DNA of 64,000 nucleotides from an uncultured candidatus Brocadiaceae bacterium (GTDB taxonomy: Bacteria; Planctomycetota; Brocadiia; SM23-32), in the NCBI GenBank assembly GCA_964592385.1, contig CAZQEQ010000002.1, forward strand, positions 25,441 through 89,440. The letters are read 5' to 3'. A program made the position numbers and the translations under genes. Positions 17,944-26,575 of this stretch are shown in pieces (within the stretch, counting starts at the first letter, position 1; every line of letters begins with the position of its first letter). Under the pieces are notes generated by a model, which was not told the DNA's origin, did no database searches, and saw nothing but the letters and a program-made list of their open reading frames with translations.

Positions 17944-18872
17944 AAGCTGCCGCAGAGCCGGCGGATCTCCTCGATGCGGGCCAGCCTGTCGATCCAGTCG
18001 GATGCTATGCTCTCCCGCCCGTAGTAAACCCCGGCCAGCCCGCCGGCAACGCACCCGACCGTGTCGGTGTCCCCGCCCAGGTTCACTGCGACGAGCAGCG
18101 TCTGGCGGAACCCCTGGCCCCTCAGGAAGCTCCAGATGGCCGCCTCGAGCGTCTCGACCACGTATCCGCCGGAGCGCACCTGGAACCGGTCCAACTGCCC
18201 GACCTTCATGGACAGCACGGTCTGAATGTGCTCCCTCTCGGCCTCCCACGGTTCGCCCCGGTAGTGGCGGCGGGCGTGCTGGATGGCCTCCTCGATGGCC
18301 GTCTTGCGTTCCAGGCCGTCGAGCAGATAGGAGACGATCAGGCAGTAGATGCCGCAGCACATCATGGCGCGGGGATGGGCGTGGGTGATGGCGGACACCT
18401 CGTGCGCGGCCGCGAGCATCTCGGTGCGGTTGTGCCGGAAGTGGAGCGCGACGGGGAGGGTGCGCATCAGGGAACCGTTGCCGTTGGCGCCTTCACCGCT
18501 CAGGCCGGCTGAGACGGCGGCAGTGCCGACGCTCATGCGCTGCATCGCCGCGGCGGTGGTGGCGCCGTAGCCGAACGGCAGGCCGTAGGGCGTCCAGCGC
18601 CCCTCCCGCCACCAGGCCAGGAACGCAGCGCCGACGGCTTCGGGCCGGTATCCGCTGCACAGGCTGTCAGTGAGCGAGAGGAGCAGTGAACTGTCGTCGG
18701 ACCATGCGCCGACCGGTTGGCCGTGGGGGCCGCCTCCCGTCATTCCCTCGATGGGTTCCACCGCGAGCGAGTCGCGCAACGCGCCCTCGAACGGGACGCC
18801 GAGGGCGTCCCCGACGACGGCGCCCAGTATGCCGCCGCACACTCGCTCTTCCAGGCTGAGGCCCCTTGCCAT
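17913..18872 (-). CDS. ADP-ribosylglycohydrolase family protein
   Basis: Motifs GAVVGDALGVPFEG near the N-terminus and NLGGDTDTVGCVAGGLAG near the C-terminus. The 3' end overlaps the convergent ATPase gene by 31 nt. Confidence 0.85.
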   Translation of the reverse strand: MARGLSLEERVCGGILGAVVGDALGVPFEGALRDSLAVEPIEGMTGGGPHGQPVGAWSDDSSLLLSLTDSLCSGYRPEAVGAAFLAWWREGRWTPYGLPFGYGATTAAAMQRMSVGTAAVSAGLSGEGANGNGSLMRTLPVALHFRHNRTEMLAAAHEVSAITHAHPRAMMCCGIYCLIVSYLLDGLERKTAIEEAIQHARRHYRGEPWEAEREHIQTVLSMKVGQLDRFQVRSGGYVVETLEAAIWSFLRGQGFRQTLLVAVNLGGDTDTVGCVAGGLAGVYYGRESIASDWIDRLARIEEIRRLCGSFYEAVRTRRA

Positions 18873-18899
18873 GCATCTCCAACCGCGCGGGGCGGGTTG

Positions 18900-20255
18900 T
18901 TAGCCGACGTTGATGCTCATCAGGAACTCGGCGTTGTTCTGCGTCTTGGCCAGCTTGTCGTGCAGCAGTTCAACGCTCTCGATGGGGTTCATCTCGTTCA
19001 ACATGCGGTGGAGCAGGCGGACGCGCTTGAGCTCCTCAGGGTCGAGCAGGAGCTCTTCCTTGCGGGTGCCGCTGCGGGTGATGTCCAGGGCGGGCCAGAT
19101 GCGCCTGTCGGCCAGGTTGCGGTCCAGGTGGAGTTCCATGTTGCCCGTGCCCTTGAACTCCTCGTAGATAACCTCGTCCATTCGACTGCCCGTCTGGACC
19201 AGGGCGGTGGCGATGATGGTCAGGCTGCCGCCTTCCTCGATCTTACGCGCGCTGCCGAAGAACTTCTTGGGCTTCTGCAGGGCGCTTGCCTCCACGCCGC
19301 CGCTGAGTATCTTGCCGCTGTGCGGCATCTCGGTGTTGTGCGCTCGGGCCAGGCGCGTGACGCTGTCGAGCAGGATGACCACGTCGCCGCCGAACTCCAC
19401 GACGCGTCGGGCCTTCTGCAGGACCATCTCGGCGACCTGGATGTGCCGGCTGGCCGGCTCGTCGAAGGTCGAGCTGATCACCTCGGCTGCGGGCACGGTC
19501 CGGCGCATGTCGGTCACTTCCTCCGGCCGCTCGTCGATCAGCAGGATGATGAGCTTGACCCCCGGGTTGTTCTGGGCGATCGAGTTGCCCATCTTCTGCA
19601 GCAGAATGGTCTTGCCGGTTCGCGGCGCCGCCACGATGAGGCCCCGCTGGCCCTTGCCGATGGGCGTGACCAGGTCCACCATCCGCATGTCTATCTCGCT
19701 GGACTCCCTCTCCAGGATCAGCCTTTCGGTGGGGTGGTAAGGCGTCAGGTCCTCGAAGACGGCCAGGTTGGTGACAGCCTCCGGGTCCTGGAAGTTGACC
19801 GCTTCCACCTTGAGCAGGGCGAAGTAGTGCTCCTTGTCCTTCGGCGGGCGAATCTGCCCCATCACCAGGTTGCCGGTGCGCAACCCGAACCGCCGTATCT
19901 GGCTGGGCGAGACATAGATGTCGTCCGGGCTGGGCAGGTAGCTGTAGTCGGGCGACCGCAGGAAGCCAAAGCCGTCCGGCAGCACTTCCAGAACGCCTTC
20001 GCCGTAAGTGGCCCCCGCCTTGGCAACGCGTTTCTTGAGCAGCACGAAGATCAGTTCCTGCTTCTTCATGCCGCTCAGGTTCGTGATGTTCTCGGCCTTT
20101 GCCACCTGCTGAAGCTCCTTGACGGTCATCTTCTGCAGGTCCGATATGTGCAGTTCCTCCGCCATCGTGCCGGTGGCCGTCTGCTGGGGGCCGTTGTCGC
20201 GATCTCCGTTCAGGTTGCCGTTGTTGGGGCGCCTGTCTCTCCTTCCGTCAGCCAT
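18900..20255 (-). CDS. rho: Transcription termination factor Rho
   Basis: N-terminal [16 protein letters not shown] (Rho_N), an RNA-binding region, Walker [26 protein letters not shown] and the C-terminal ATPase domain. I prefer the ATG at 20255, preceded by GGAGG. There is a short Arg/Asn/Gly-rich N-terminal extension. Confidence 0.92.
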   Translation of the reverse strand: MADGRRDRRPNNGNLNGDRDNGPQQTATGTMAEELHISDLQKMTVKELQQVAKAENITNLSGMKKQELIFVLLKKRVAKAGATYGEGVLEVLPDGFGFLRSPDYSYLPSPDDIYVSPSQIRRFGLRTGNLVMGQIRPPKDKEHYFALLKVEAVNFQDPEAVTNLAVFEDLTPYHPTERLILERESSEIDMRMVDLVTPIGKGQRGLIVAAPRTGKTILLQKMGNSIAQNNPGVKLIILLIDERPEEVTDMRRTVPAAEVISSTFDEPASRHIQVAEMVLQKARRVVEFGGDVVILLDSVTRLARAHNTEMPHSGKILSGGVEASALQKPKKFFGSARKIEEGGSLTIIATALVQTGSRMDEVIYEEFKGTGNMELHLDRNLADRRIWPALDITRSGTRKEELLLDPEELKRVRLLHRMLNEMNPIESVELLHDKLAKTQNNAEFLMSINVG

Positions 20256-20256
20256 C

Positions 20257-20955
20257 TTAACCTCCGTCTGCTTCTTCGGGTGTTCTTCCAGTCTGGGGGG
20301 GCCCGGACACGCCCCGGCGACCGCTGCCAACCGCGCAGAGGTCCGGCCAGAGCGCCTGCAACTGGCTTTCCAGTTCGCCCGTGTCCCCGACGTTCCTTAT
20401 CACGAAATCTGCAAGTCTTCTCTTCTGCCTCACGGGAACCTGCGCGTGAGTTCGCTTCTCGAACTGGCCGCCGTCCATGCGGCGGCCCGTCAGCGCCCGC
20501 TCCCGCCGCAGCCGCTCCGGTGCCTCGACGAACAGCAGCGCGTCGCAGAGCTCAGTGTGCAGGTCCGTCTCTACGAGCAGCGCGGCGTCCAACGCGATCA
20601 GGGGAGCCCTGTCGTCGCGCCGCAGTTGGCGAATCCGCGAACGGATCCTCTCCAGAATAGGAGGATGGACAATGTCATTGAGCTTCCGGGTCAACTCGGA
20701 GTCGCCGAACACGGTCTCTGCCAGTCGAGGGCGATCAACCTCGCCTCCCTCGTCCAGTATGCCGCGCCCGAACGCCTCCGTCAGTCGGGCCTTCACGACG
20801 GGCGACGCCAACTGCCGGTGGCCGATCCCGTCGGCGTCCACCACTGCCGCGCCGCGGCGCCTGAGCATCTCTGCCACGGTGCTCTTGCCGGCGGCCAGGC
20901 CCCCGACAATCCCGATTACGGGCGCCGTGCTCCGCCGTGTGGTGGTTTCTCTCAT
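20257..20955 (-). CDS. coaE: Dephospho-CoA kinase
   Basis: P-loop [13 protein letters not shown] and VVDADGIGH. The start overlaps the polA stop (ATGA). Confidence 0.8.
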   Translation of the reverse strand: MRETTTRRSTAPVIGIVGGLAAGKSTVAEMLRRRGAAVVDADGIGHRQLASPVVKARLTEAFGRGILDEGGEVDRPRLAETVFGDSELTRKLNDIVHPPILERIRSRIRQLRRDDRAPLIALDAALLVETDLHTELCDALLFVEAPERLRRERALTGRRMDGGQFEKRTHAQVPVRQKRRLADFVIRNVGDTGELESQLQALWPDLCAVGSGRRGVSGPPQTGRTPEEADGG

Positions 20956-23696
20956 TTCGTCTCCGCCCAGTTCTTCCCGACGGCCGTATCCACCTTCAGC
21001 GGCACGTCGAGCTTCAGCGCCCCGGTCATCTTCTCCGTCACGAACCGGCGGACCTCGTCCAGGTCAGCGTCGGGGCACTCGAAAACCAGTTCGTCGTGTA
21101 TCTGCAGGAGCATGTGAGAGCGGTCGCTCACCTGCGTCAGGCCTGCGTGTATCTCAATCATCGCCCGCTTGATAAGGTCCGCGGCCGAGCCCTGTATGAC
21201 CGTGTTGACGGCGATGCGCTCGGCGGCGCTGCGCGCGGCGCCGCCGCCGCGGATGCCCTCGATGCGCCGCTTGCGGCCCGCCAGCGTCCTTACGCAGCCG
21301 TCCCGGCGGGCGCGGTCTATGGCCTGCCCCATGAACTGCTTCACCTTCGGGTAACGCTCGAAGTACTCGCTGATGAACTCCTCCGCTTCCGGCAGGGGCA
21401 CGTCGATCTGCCGGCTCAGGCCGTAGGGGCTCAGGCCGTAGATGATGCCGAAGTTCACAGCTTTGGCCTGCTGCCGCATCAGGGCGGTGACGTCGTCCTC
21501 GTCCACGCCGTTGACCTGGGCCGCCACGAAGCGGTGGATGTCCCGGTCCTCGTGGAATGCCCGGCTGAGGGCGGGGTCGCCCGAGCAGTGCGCCATGATG
21601 CGCAGCTCCACCTGCGAGTAATCGGCGCCCAGCAGGGACGTGTCCGGCTCGCCCGGCACGAAGGCCCGGCGTATCCGCCGCCCCAGCGCCGTGCGCACCG
21701 GTATGTTTTGCAGGTTCGGGTCGCTGCTGGACAGGCGGCCCGTGGCCGTTACGGTCTGGTTGAAGGATGCATGGATGCGCCCGGTCTCCGCGTTGACCAT
21801 CCCCGCCAGGGCGTCCGCGTAGGTGGGCTTCAGCTTGTTCAGCTCCCGGTATTCCAGCACGTGGCCGGCGATTGCGTGTTCGCGCTTGAGGTCTTCCAGA
21901 ACGTCGCTGGCCGTGGACCATCCCGTCTGCCGGCGACTGCCTCGCGGGGTGGGCAGCCCAAGCTTCTCGAAGAGCACGGCGCTCAACTGCGCCGGCGAGT
22001 TGACGTTGAAGTCTTCCCCCGCGTCCCGGTGGATTGCCTCTTCCAGCCCGGCGATCTTCGCGGCGAACTCCTCGCTCAGCGCGGCAAGCTCGTCCGTGTC
22101 CACCCTCACGCCCGTCCACTCCATCATCGCCAGGACGGGCACCAGCGGCAGTTCGAGCCGCACGAACAAGTCCCACAGCCCCTCGGTTTTCAGCTTCTCG
22201 GTCAGCAGGTCGCAGAGCTGGAGCGCCACGTCCGCGTCCTCGCAGGCGTAGCCGGAGACCTTCTCCAGCGGGACCGTGTCCATGGTGCGCTGCGTCTTGC
22301 CCTTGCCGATGAGCTCCTCGATCCCGACGGGCCGGTAGTCGAGGTGGCGCTGCGCCAGGGCGTTCAGGTTGTGCGAGCGGTCCGACGGATGGAGCACGTA
22401 AGAGGCGACCATGGAGTCGCACTCCAGGCCGCGCAGTTCCACGCCGTGGGTCTTCAGCACGGCGATGTCGTACTTGAGGTTCTGGCCGAGCTTCCCGGGC
22501 CTGTCCGCCTCCAACACGGGCCGCAGGATGTCCAGGCTCTCCTGGAGCGGGCAGACTCGGGCGCCTTCCGGGCCGCCGGTGGCGACGTAAACGCCCTGGT
22601 CCGCACGCCAGCTGAACGCGAATCCGACGATCCGGGCCCGGCGTGGCTCGAGGCTGGTCGTCTCCAGGTCCACGGAGACCCTCTCCTGCCGGCCCAGCTC
22701 CTCCGCCAGTTGCCGCAGGCTGGGCAGGTCCGTCACGGTGGCGTAATCCTTCCGGGCCAGGTCCAGTGTCCGAATCTCGGCTTCGTGCTCGAACAGCACG
22801 GCCTGCGCCGGGCCCGTCCCGGGGGCTGGTCCCGAGGGGCGGAGCGGCGCCTCCCGCCGCAGTGAATGGAAGCCGACCGCCCTGTAGAAGCGGTCCACCT
22901 CGGCGGGCTCCGCGTCGCCCTCGCGGCACTGCTCCCAGTCCAGTTCCACGGGCAGGTCGCGGCTGAGCGTGACCAGCTCACGGGCCATTTCGGCGTCCTG
23001 GCGGTGCTGTGCCAGCCGCTCGCGCAGCTTGTCGCTGGCGACCTGGTCAAGGTTCTCGTAGAGTCGTTCCACGCTGCCGAACTGCCGGATGAGCTTCACG
23101 GCAGTCTTGGGGCCGACGCCGGGCACGCCCGGGATGTTATCGGTGCTGTCCCCGGCCAGGGCCATCATCTCGACGACCTGCCACGGCTCGATGCCTTTCA
23201 GTTCCTTGAGCCGGTCGGGATCGAGCAGGACCTCGCGGTCCTTGTGGACGTGAAGGACCTTCACGTGCTCGTCAACGAGCTGCTCGGCGTCCTTGTCGGT
23301 GGTGACGATAACGGCGTCTATCCCCCTGGCGTTGGCCTGTGTGGCGATGGTCGCCAGCACGTCGTCGGCCTCCTGTCCCGCTACGAGCAGCCTTGGCACC
23401 CCGAGCGCGTCCAGCATCTGGTCAATCAGGGGCAGCTGGCGCTCCAGTGGTTCCGGCATGGGGGCGCGGTTGGCCTTGTAGTCCTCGTATGCCTGGCGGC
23501 GAACCGACTCTCCCGGGCCGTCGAACGCCACGACCAGGTAGTCGGGCCTGTACTGGTCACGCAGCTTCTCGATCATGCGGGCGAAGCCGTAAACGGCGTT
23601 GACGGGCTCTCCGTCGGGCCCCGTCAGTCCTTTAATGGCGTAGAAGAACTGGTAGATGTGCGCGTACGCGTCGATTGCGAACAGTCTTTCGGGCAT
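20952..23696 (-). CDS. polA: DNA polymerase I
   Basis: 914 aa. It has a 5'-3' exonuclease N-terminus, a 3'-5' exonuclease motif VSVDLETTSL, polymerase motif A DYSQVELRIMAH, motif B RQQAKAVNFGIIYG and motif C LQIHDELVFE. Confidence 0.95.
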   Translation of the reverse strand: MPERLFAIDAYAHIYQFFYAIKGLTGPDGEPVNAVYGFARMIEKLRDQYRPDYLVVAFDGPGESVRRQAYEDYKANRAPMPEPLERQLPLIDQMLDALGVPRLLVAGQEADDVLATIATQANARGIDAVIVTTDKDAEQLVDEHVKVLHVHKDREVLLDPDRLKELKGIEPWQVVEMMALAGDSTDNIPGVPGVGPKTAVKLIRQFGSVERLYENLDQVASDKLRERLAQHRQDAEMARELVTLSRDLPVELDWEQCREGDAEPAEVDRFYRAVGFHSLRREAPLRPSGPAPGTGPAQAVLFEHEAEIRTLDLARKDYATVTDLPSLRQLAEELGRQERVSVDLETTSLEPRRARIVGFAFSWRADQGVYVATGGPEGARVCPLQESLDILRPVLEADRPGKLGQNLKYDIAVLKTHGVELRGLECDSMVASYVLHPSDRSHNLNALAQRHLDYRPVGIEELIGKGKTQRTMDTVPLEKVSGYACEDADVALQLCDLLTEKLKTEGLWDLFVRLELPLVPVLAMMEWTGVRVDTDELAALSEEFAAKIAGLEEAIHRDAGEDFNVNSPAQLSAVLFEKLGLPTPRGSRRQTGWSTASDVLEDLKREHAIAGHVLEYRELNKLKPTYADALAGMVNAETGRIHASFNQTVTATGRLSSSDPNLQNIPVRTALGRRIRRAFVPGEPDTSLLGADYSQVELRIMAHCSGDPALSRAFHEDRDIHRFVAAQVNGVDEDDVTALMRQQAKAVNFGIIYGLSPYGLSRQIDVPLPEAEEFISEYFERYPKVKQFMGQAIDRARRDGCVRTLAGRKRRIEGIRGGGAARSAAERIAVNTVIQGSAADLIKRAMIEIHAGLTQVSDRSHMLLQIHDELVFECPDADLDEVRRFVTEKMTGALKLDVPLKVDTAVGKNWAETK

Positions 23697-24279
23697 GGAA
23701 GTGGCCGACCCAGAGCCAACTGCTCAGTCCGGATGCACCGCTGGCCGGGCGGTCGTCCGGTTCCCGCGCGTGCGGGTCGGCGGTTGCCCCACCGCCTTCA
23801 CAGTTCCATGCATGTCATGAGCCGCCGGCGCGCCTGAATCTCTGCCGCGCGGCGTGGGACTGTGCATGGCGATCCCGCAGCAGTCACGGCTATAGACCCC
23901 GATTTCAGACAGGCGACCTGAGGCGCTGCTGCAAGCCCCGTCGTGACTTCGGCAAGGCTGTGTGCGCCGACGGGCTGCGTCGGCCTGCAACGGCTATTCT
24001 GGCCTTTGAATCGCCTGCTTCGGCCCCCGTCCGCTCGGTATTCTCGCTCGGCCTCGGGCCGAGGGAGCGGGTTCTGCAACAGCGCTGGAGGCCTTGCGGG
24101 CTAAGATCTCGTCAAGGAAACTGCCGGGTGTTTGGACTGAACGGGGTGGTCAACGCAAGCAGTCGCAATACGAAGCCGGCTGTCTTGAATGTCTCTCGCA
24201 GTGACAGGTATAGCGTACCGTTTCGCGGGGGCGGTGTCAAGCGCAATCGGGCGGCCCCGCGCTCAGCCGGCCGGGACGG

Positions 24280-24310
24280 AAAAAACGCACGGCGCCTGGT
24301 GGCGCCGTGC
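24280..24310 (-). terminator. Rho-independent terminator
   Basis: The minus strand reads GCACGGCGCC-ACCA-GGCGCCGTGC followed by TTTTTT. It lies 27 nt downstream of the stop at 24337. Confidence 0.85.
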
Positions 24311-24336
24311 GCGGTGTGCTCGTTGGCTTCTGCCGC

Positions 24337-25425
24337 TTACTCCTGTTGGTCTTCTTTCTTCTCCTGCTGTTTCTGCTGTAACAGTTTCAGCTTCTCTTCG
24401 TAGGCCCTCTTGGCGGCCTCACCGGCAAACTTGCCCAGCCCGCTCCAGTCGACCTCGTCCGGCGAAGGCGGGCCGGAGCGAAGGCGTTCGGCGCGGGTCC
24501 TGGCTCCGCCAATCAGCGGAAGGTCCAGCGTGACCTGCTTGATCAGCGGGTCATCGAGGGCGAAGGTCCCCATCTCGCCCCTCTGGAACAGGGCCATCGT
24601 GAGCCTGACGATCTGAATCCTCAGCTTCTGGCCTTCCGTGAGGGTGCCGGCCTGGTAGCTGGCGAGCAGCTCTTCCAGCCCGCTCCTGGCCCCCTCAACG
24701 GCGTTGCGGACGCGGGCGACCAACTCGTCGAGGACCGGCCCCATCTCCCGCTCGAACTCCTTCTCCATTACCTCGCTGACGGCGCTCCAGTCGGTGCTCG
24801 TCAGGTCGGACCAGTCGGCCTGGTGGTCTTCGAGGACGACGGCGACGACCTCTTCCATCTGGGCCATCAAGTCGTCCAGCGCCGCATTGGCCTTGTCCTT
24901 GACCATCTCGATCAGCCTCTCCTGCCCTTTGGGCAGGTACTCTTCTGTAAGGCGGGTTACGCCCTCGTCAAACAGCTCCGGCGCGCGGGTCTGGAGTTCC
25001 TCGGTCCACTTCTTGCGCCATTCCGGCAACTGCTCGACGAACTGCTCCAGCCTGGGCTTCAGGTGCGTTGCCAGCAGGTCCGGCGCTTCGGCACGGAGCT
25101 TCTGGATCGCCCAGTAGGGCAGCCGTCCGGTGGTGATTCCGGGCACATCTCGCTTGGCGAGGATGTTGTCCACGCCCTGGAATGCCAGTTGGACGACGGT
25201 TGCGGGTTCGAGCCTTGTCCTGAGCATGTTGTAGAGCACGCCCAGGTACGTGGCAATGACGGCGAGTATGATCAGAAAGAACGCCGCAGTCATCTTCCAC
25301 GCTTTGGAAGCGCTGCGGGCCAGTCCTTGCGCTTCAGCGGCCAGTGCTGCTACTTCCTCAGCGAATTCCGGGGGAACTCCGGCACCGGGCGTTTCGGACT
25401 CGGGAGTCACGTCCATATCGGCCAT
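24337..25425 (-). CDS. Single-pass membrane protein with long helical ectodomain/cytodomain, unknown function
   Basis: 362-aa ORF with one TM helix (MTAAFFLIILAVIATYLGVL), a helical Glu/Leu/Lys-rich body and a K/E/Q-rich tail. A clean terminator lies downstream. Confidence 0.65.
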   Translation of the reverse strand: MADMDVTPESETPGAGVPPEFAEEVAALAAEAQGLARSASKAWKMTAAFFLIILAVIATYLGVLYNMLRTRLEPATVVQLAFQGVDNILAKRDVPGITTGRLPYWAIQKLRAEAPDLLATHLKPRLEQFVEQLPEWRKKWTEELQTRAPELFDEGVTRLTEEYLPKGQERLIEMVKDKANAALDDLMAQMEEVVAVVLEDHQADWSDLTSTDWSAVSEVMEKEFEREMGPVLDELVARVRNAVEGARSGLEELLASYQAGTLTEGQKLRIQIVRLTMALFQRGEMGTFALDDPLIKQVTLDLPLIGGARTRAERLRSGPPSPDEVDWSGLGKFAGEAAKRAYEEKLKLLQQKQQEKKEDQQE

Positions 25426-25516
25426 CAGTCTCCCTCCCTTGTGTCTCTGCTGTTTGCCAATCGGTTCTCAGTCAACTCGTTGTGCCTTTGGCGTTGCACG
25501 AGCATCGTGGTCACGC

Positions 25517-26317
25517 TTACTCCCCAGCCCCGGGTATGCGCCAGCCGGCCTCGAACTTGTAAGTCGGCAGTTGCTCCTTCATCAGCGCCAGCAGCACCTT
25601 GACGGACTGGTCCACGATCTGCTCCTCGGTCTTGTCGTCCGGCAGCGGGGGGAACTGCTCTATCAGGGCCAGAATCTCCTCGAAATCCTGCTTTCCTTCT
25701 CCCCACCGCTTTTCCAGCACGTTGAACAGCGCCAGGTGGTTGGCTTCGATGATCTTGCTGACGACCAACCGGAGGTCATCTTCGGACAGTTGCGCCTGCT
25801 CGGCGATCATCGTCTCGTGCTCGCGTATCATGCCCGTAAGCCGGTCCTCCAGGAGCTCCCTCAGCTCTGTCCGGAGTTCGGCCAGGACATCTTGCGCCGC
25901 CATCTGGAGGGCGCCCGTCAGCTGCGGAGCGACCCGGTTGAACTGCTCGCGCGCGATGGGCTGCACGTCCTCCGCGAACGCGTTCAGCTCGTTGGAGATG
26001 GTCTCCTGGAGCCCCATTTCCTCGATCAGTTTCAGCAACTCCTCGCGGAAGGTCGGCCCGGTTTCCTTGAAGACCATCTGCAGGTTCTGGCCGATCTGCA
26101 ACTGCTCGAACTGCTGCTCGAACTGCGTTTTCAGGTCTTCAGACTGCGCCAGGGATAGCGCTAGGCTCCAGTAGGCCCACAGGTAAAGCAACACGATGAC
26201 CAGCCCGACCACGACGCCCAGCAGTCTGACGAGGCTCGCCTTGCGCGACGATGCGCGAATCGTGTGCAGCGATTCCCGCGCCTCCGCGAGCTCGTCCTGT
26301 AGTTCACTGACACTCAT
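25517..26317 (-). CDS. Single-pass membrane helical protein, same architecture as 24337-25425
   Basis: 266-aa ORF with one TM helix (LLGVVVGLVIVLLYLWAYWSLAL) and a helical E/Q/L-rich body. A promoter-like element lies 175 nt upstream. Confidence 0.65.
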   Translation of the reverse strand: MSVSELQDELAEARESLHTIRASSRKASLVRLLGVVVGLVIVLLYLWAYWSLALSLAQSEDLKTQFEQQFEQLQIGQNLQMVFKETGPTFREELLKLIEEMGLQETISNELNAFAEDVQPIAREQFNRVAPQLTGALQMAAQDVLAELRTELRELLEDRLTGMIREHETMIAEQAQLSEDDLRLVVSKIIEANHLALFNVLEKRWGEGKQDFEEILALIEQFPPLPDDKTEEQIVDQSVKVLLALMKEQLPTYKFEAGWRIPGAGE

Positions 26318-26500
26318 CTCTCATTCCCCTCAAACTCTCATGCTCAAAGAACTTGGCCAACTCTCCGTCTGCTCAGCCCTCTGAAATAGGTCTATCACCT
26401 CCTCCCACGGGACACTGCAAAGAGCATCCGAGAATCGGTGTGTCAATGGCTGACCAACACACCTGCTCGACTGAATAAAAGGACGGATGATGGCGGGAGA

Positions 26501-26529
26501 ATACTAATCCATTGCCCTCCGGTTGTCAA
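26501..26529 (-). promoter_or_regulatory. Sigma70-like promoter TTGACA-N17-TAGTAT with A/T-rich upstream tract
   Basis: The minus strand reads GAAAAATAGGG-TTGACA-accggagggcaatggat-TAGTAT (plus-strand tgtcaa at 26524-26529, atacta at 26501-26506). Confidence 0.5.
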
Positions 26530-26575
26530 CCCTATTTTTCGGTGCTCGACGTGCCCACCCCCGTGCCGCCACGCC

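Noticed and set aside
23697-24279. Possible RNase P RNA, tmRNA or SRP RNA in the long polA-upstream gap.
   Set aside because: I saw partial resemblances (AGTCCGG near 23727; the reverse complement of AAGCCGGCTGTCTTG near 24172 resembling ACAG..CCGGCTT). They are on inconsistent strands and in inconsistent order. They lack the full GGAAAGTCCGGGC / ACAGAACCCGGCTTA cores. No tmRNA 3' end or SRP GGAA-loop context was found.
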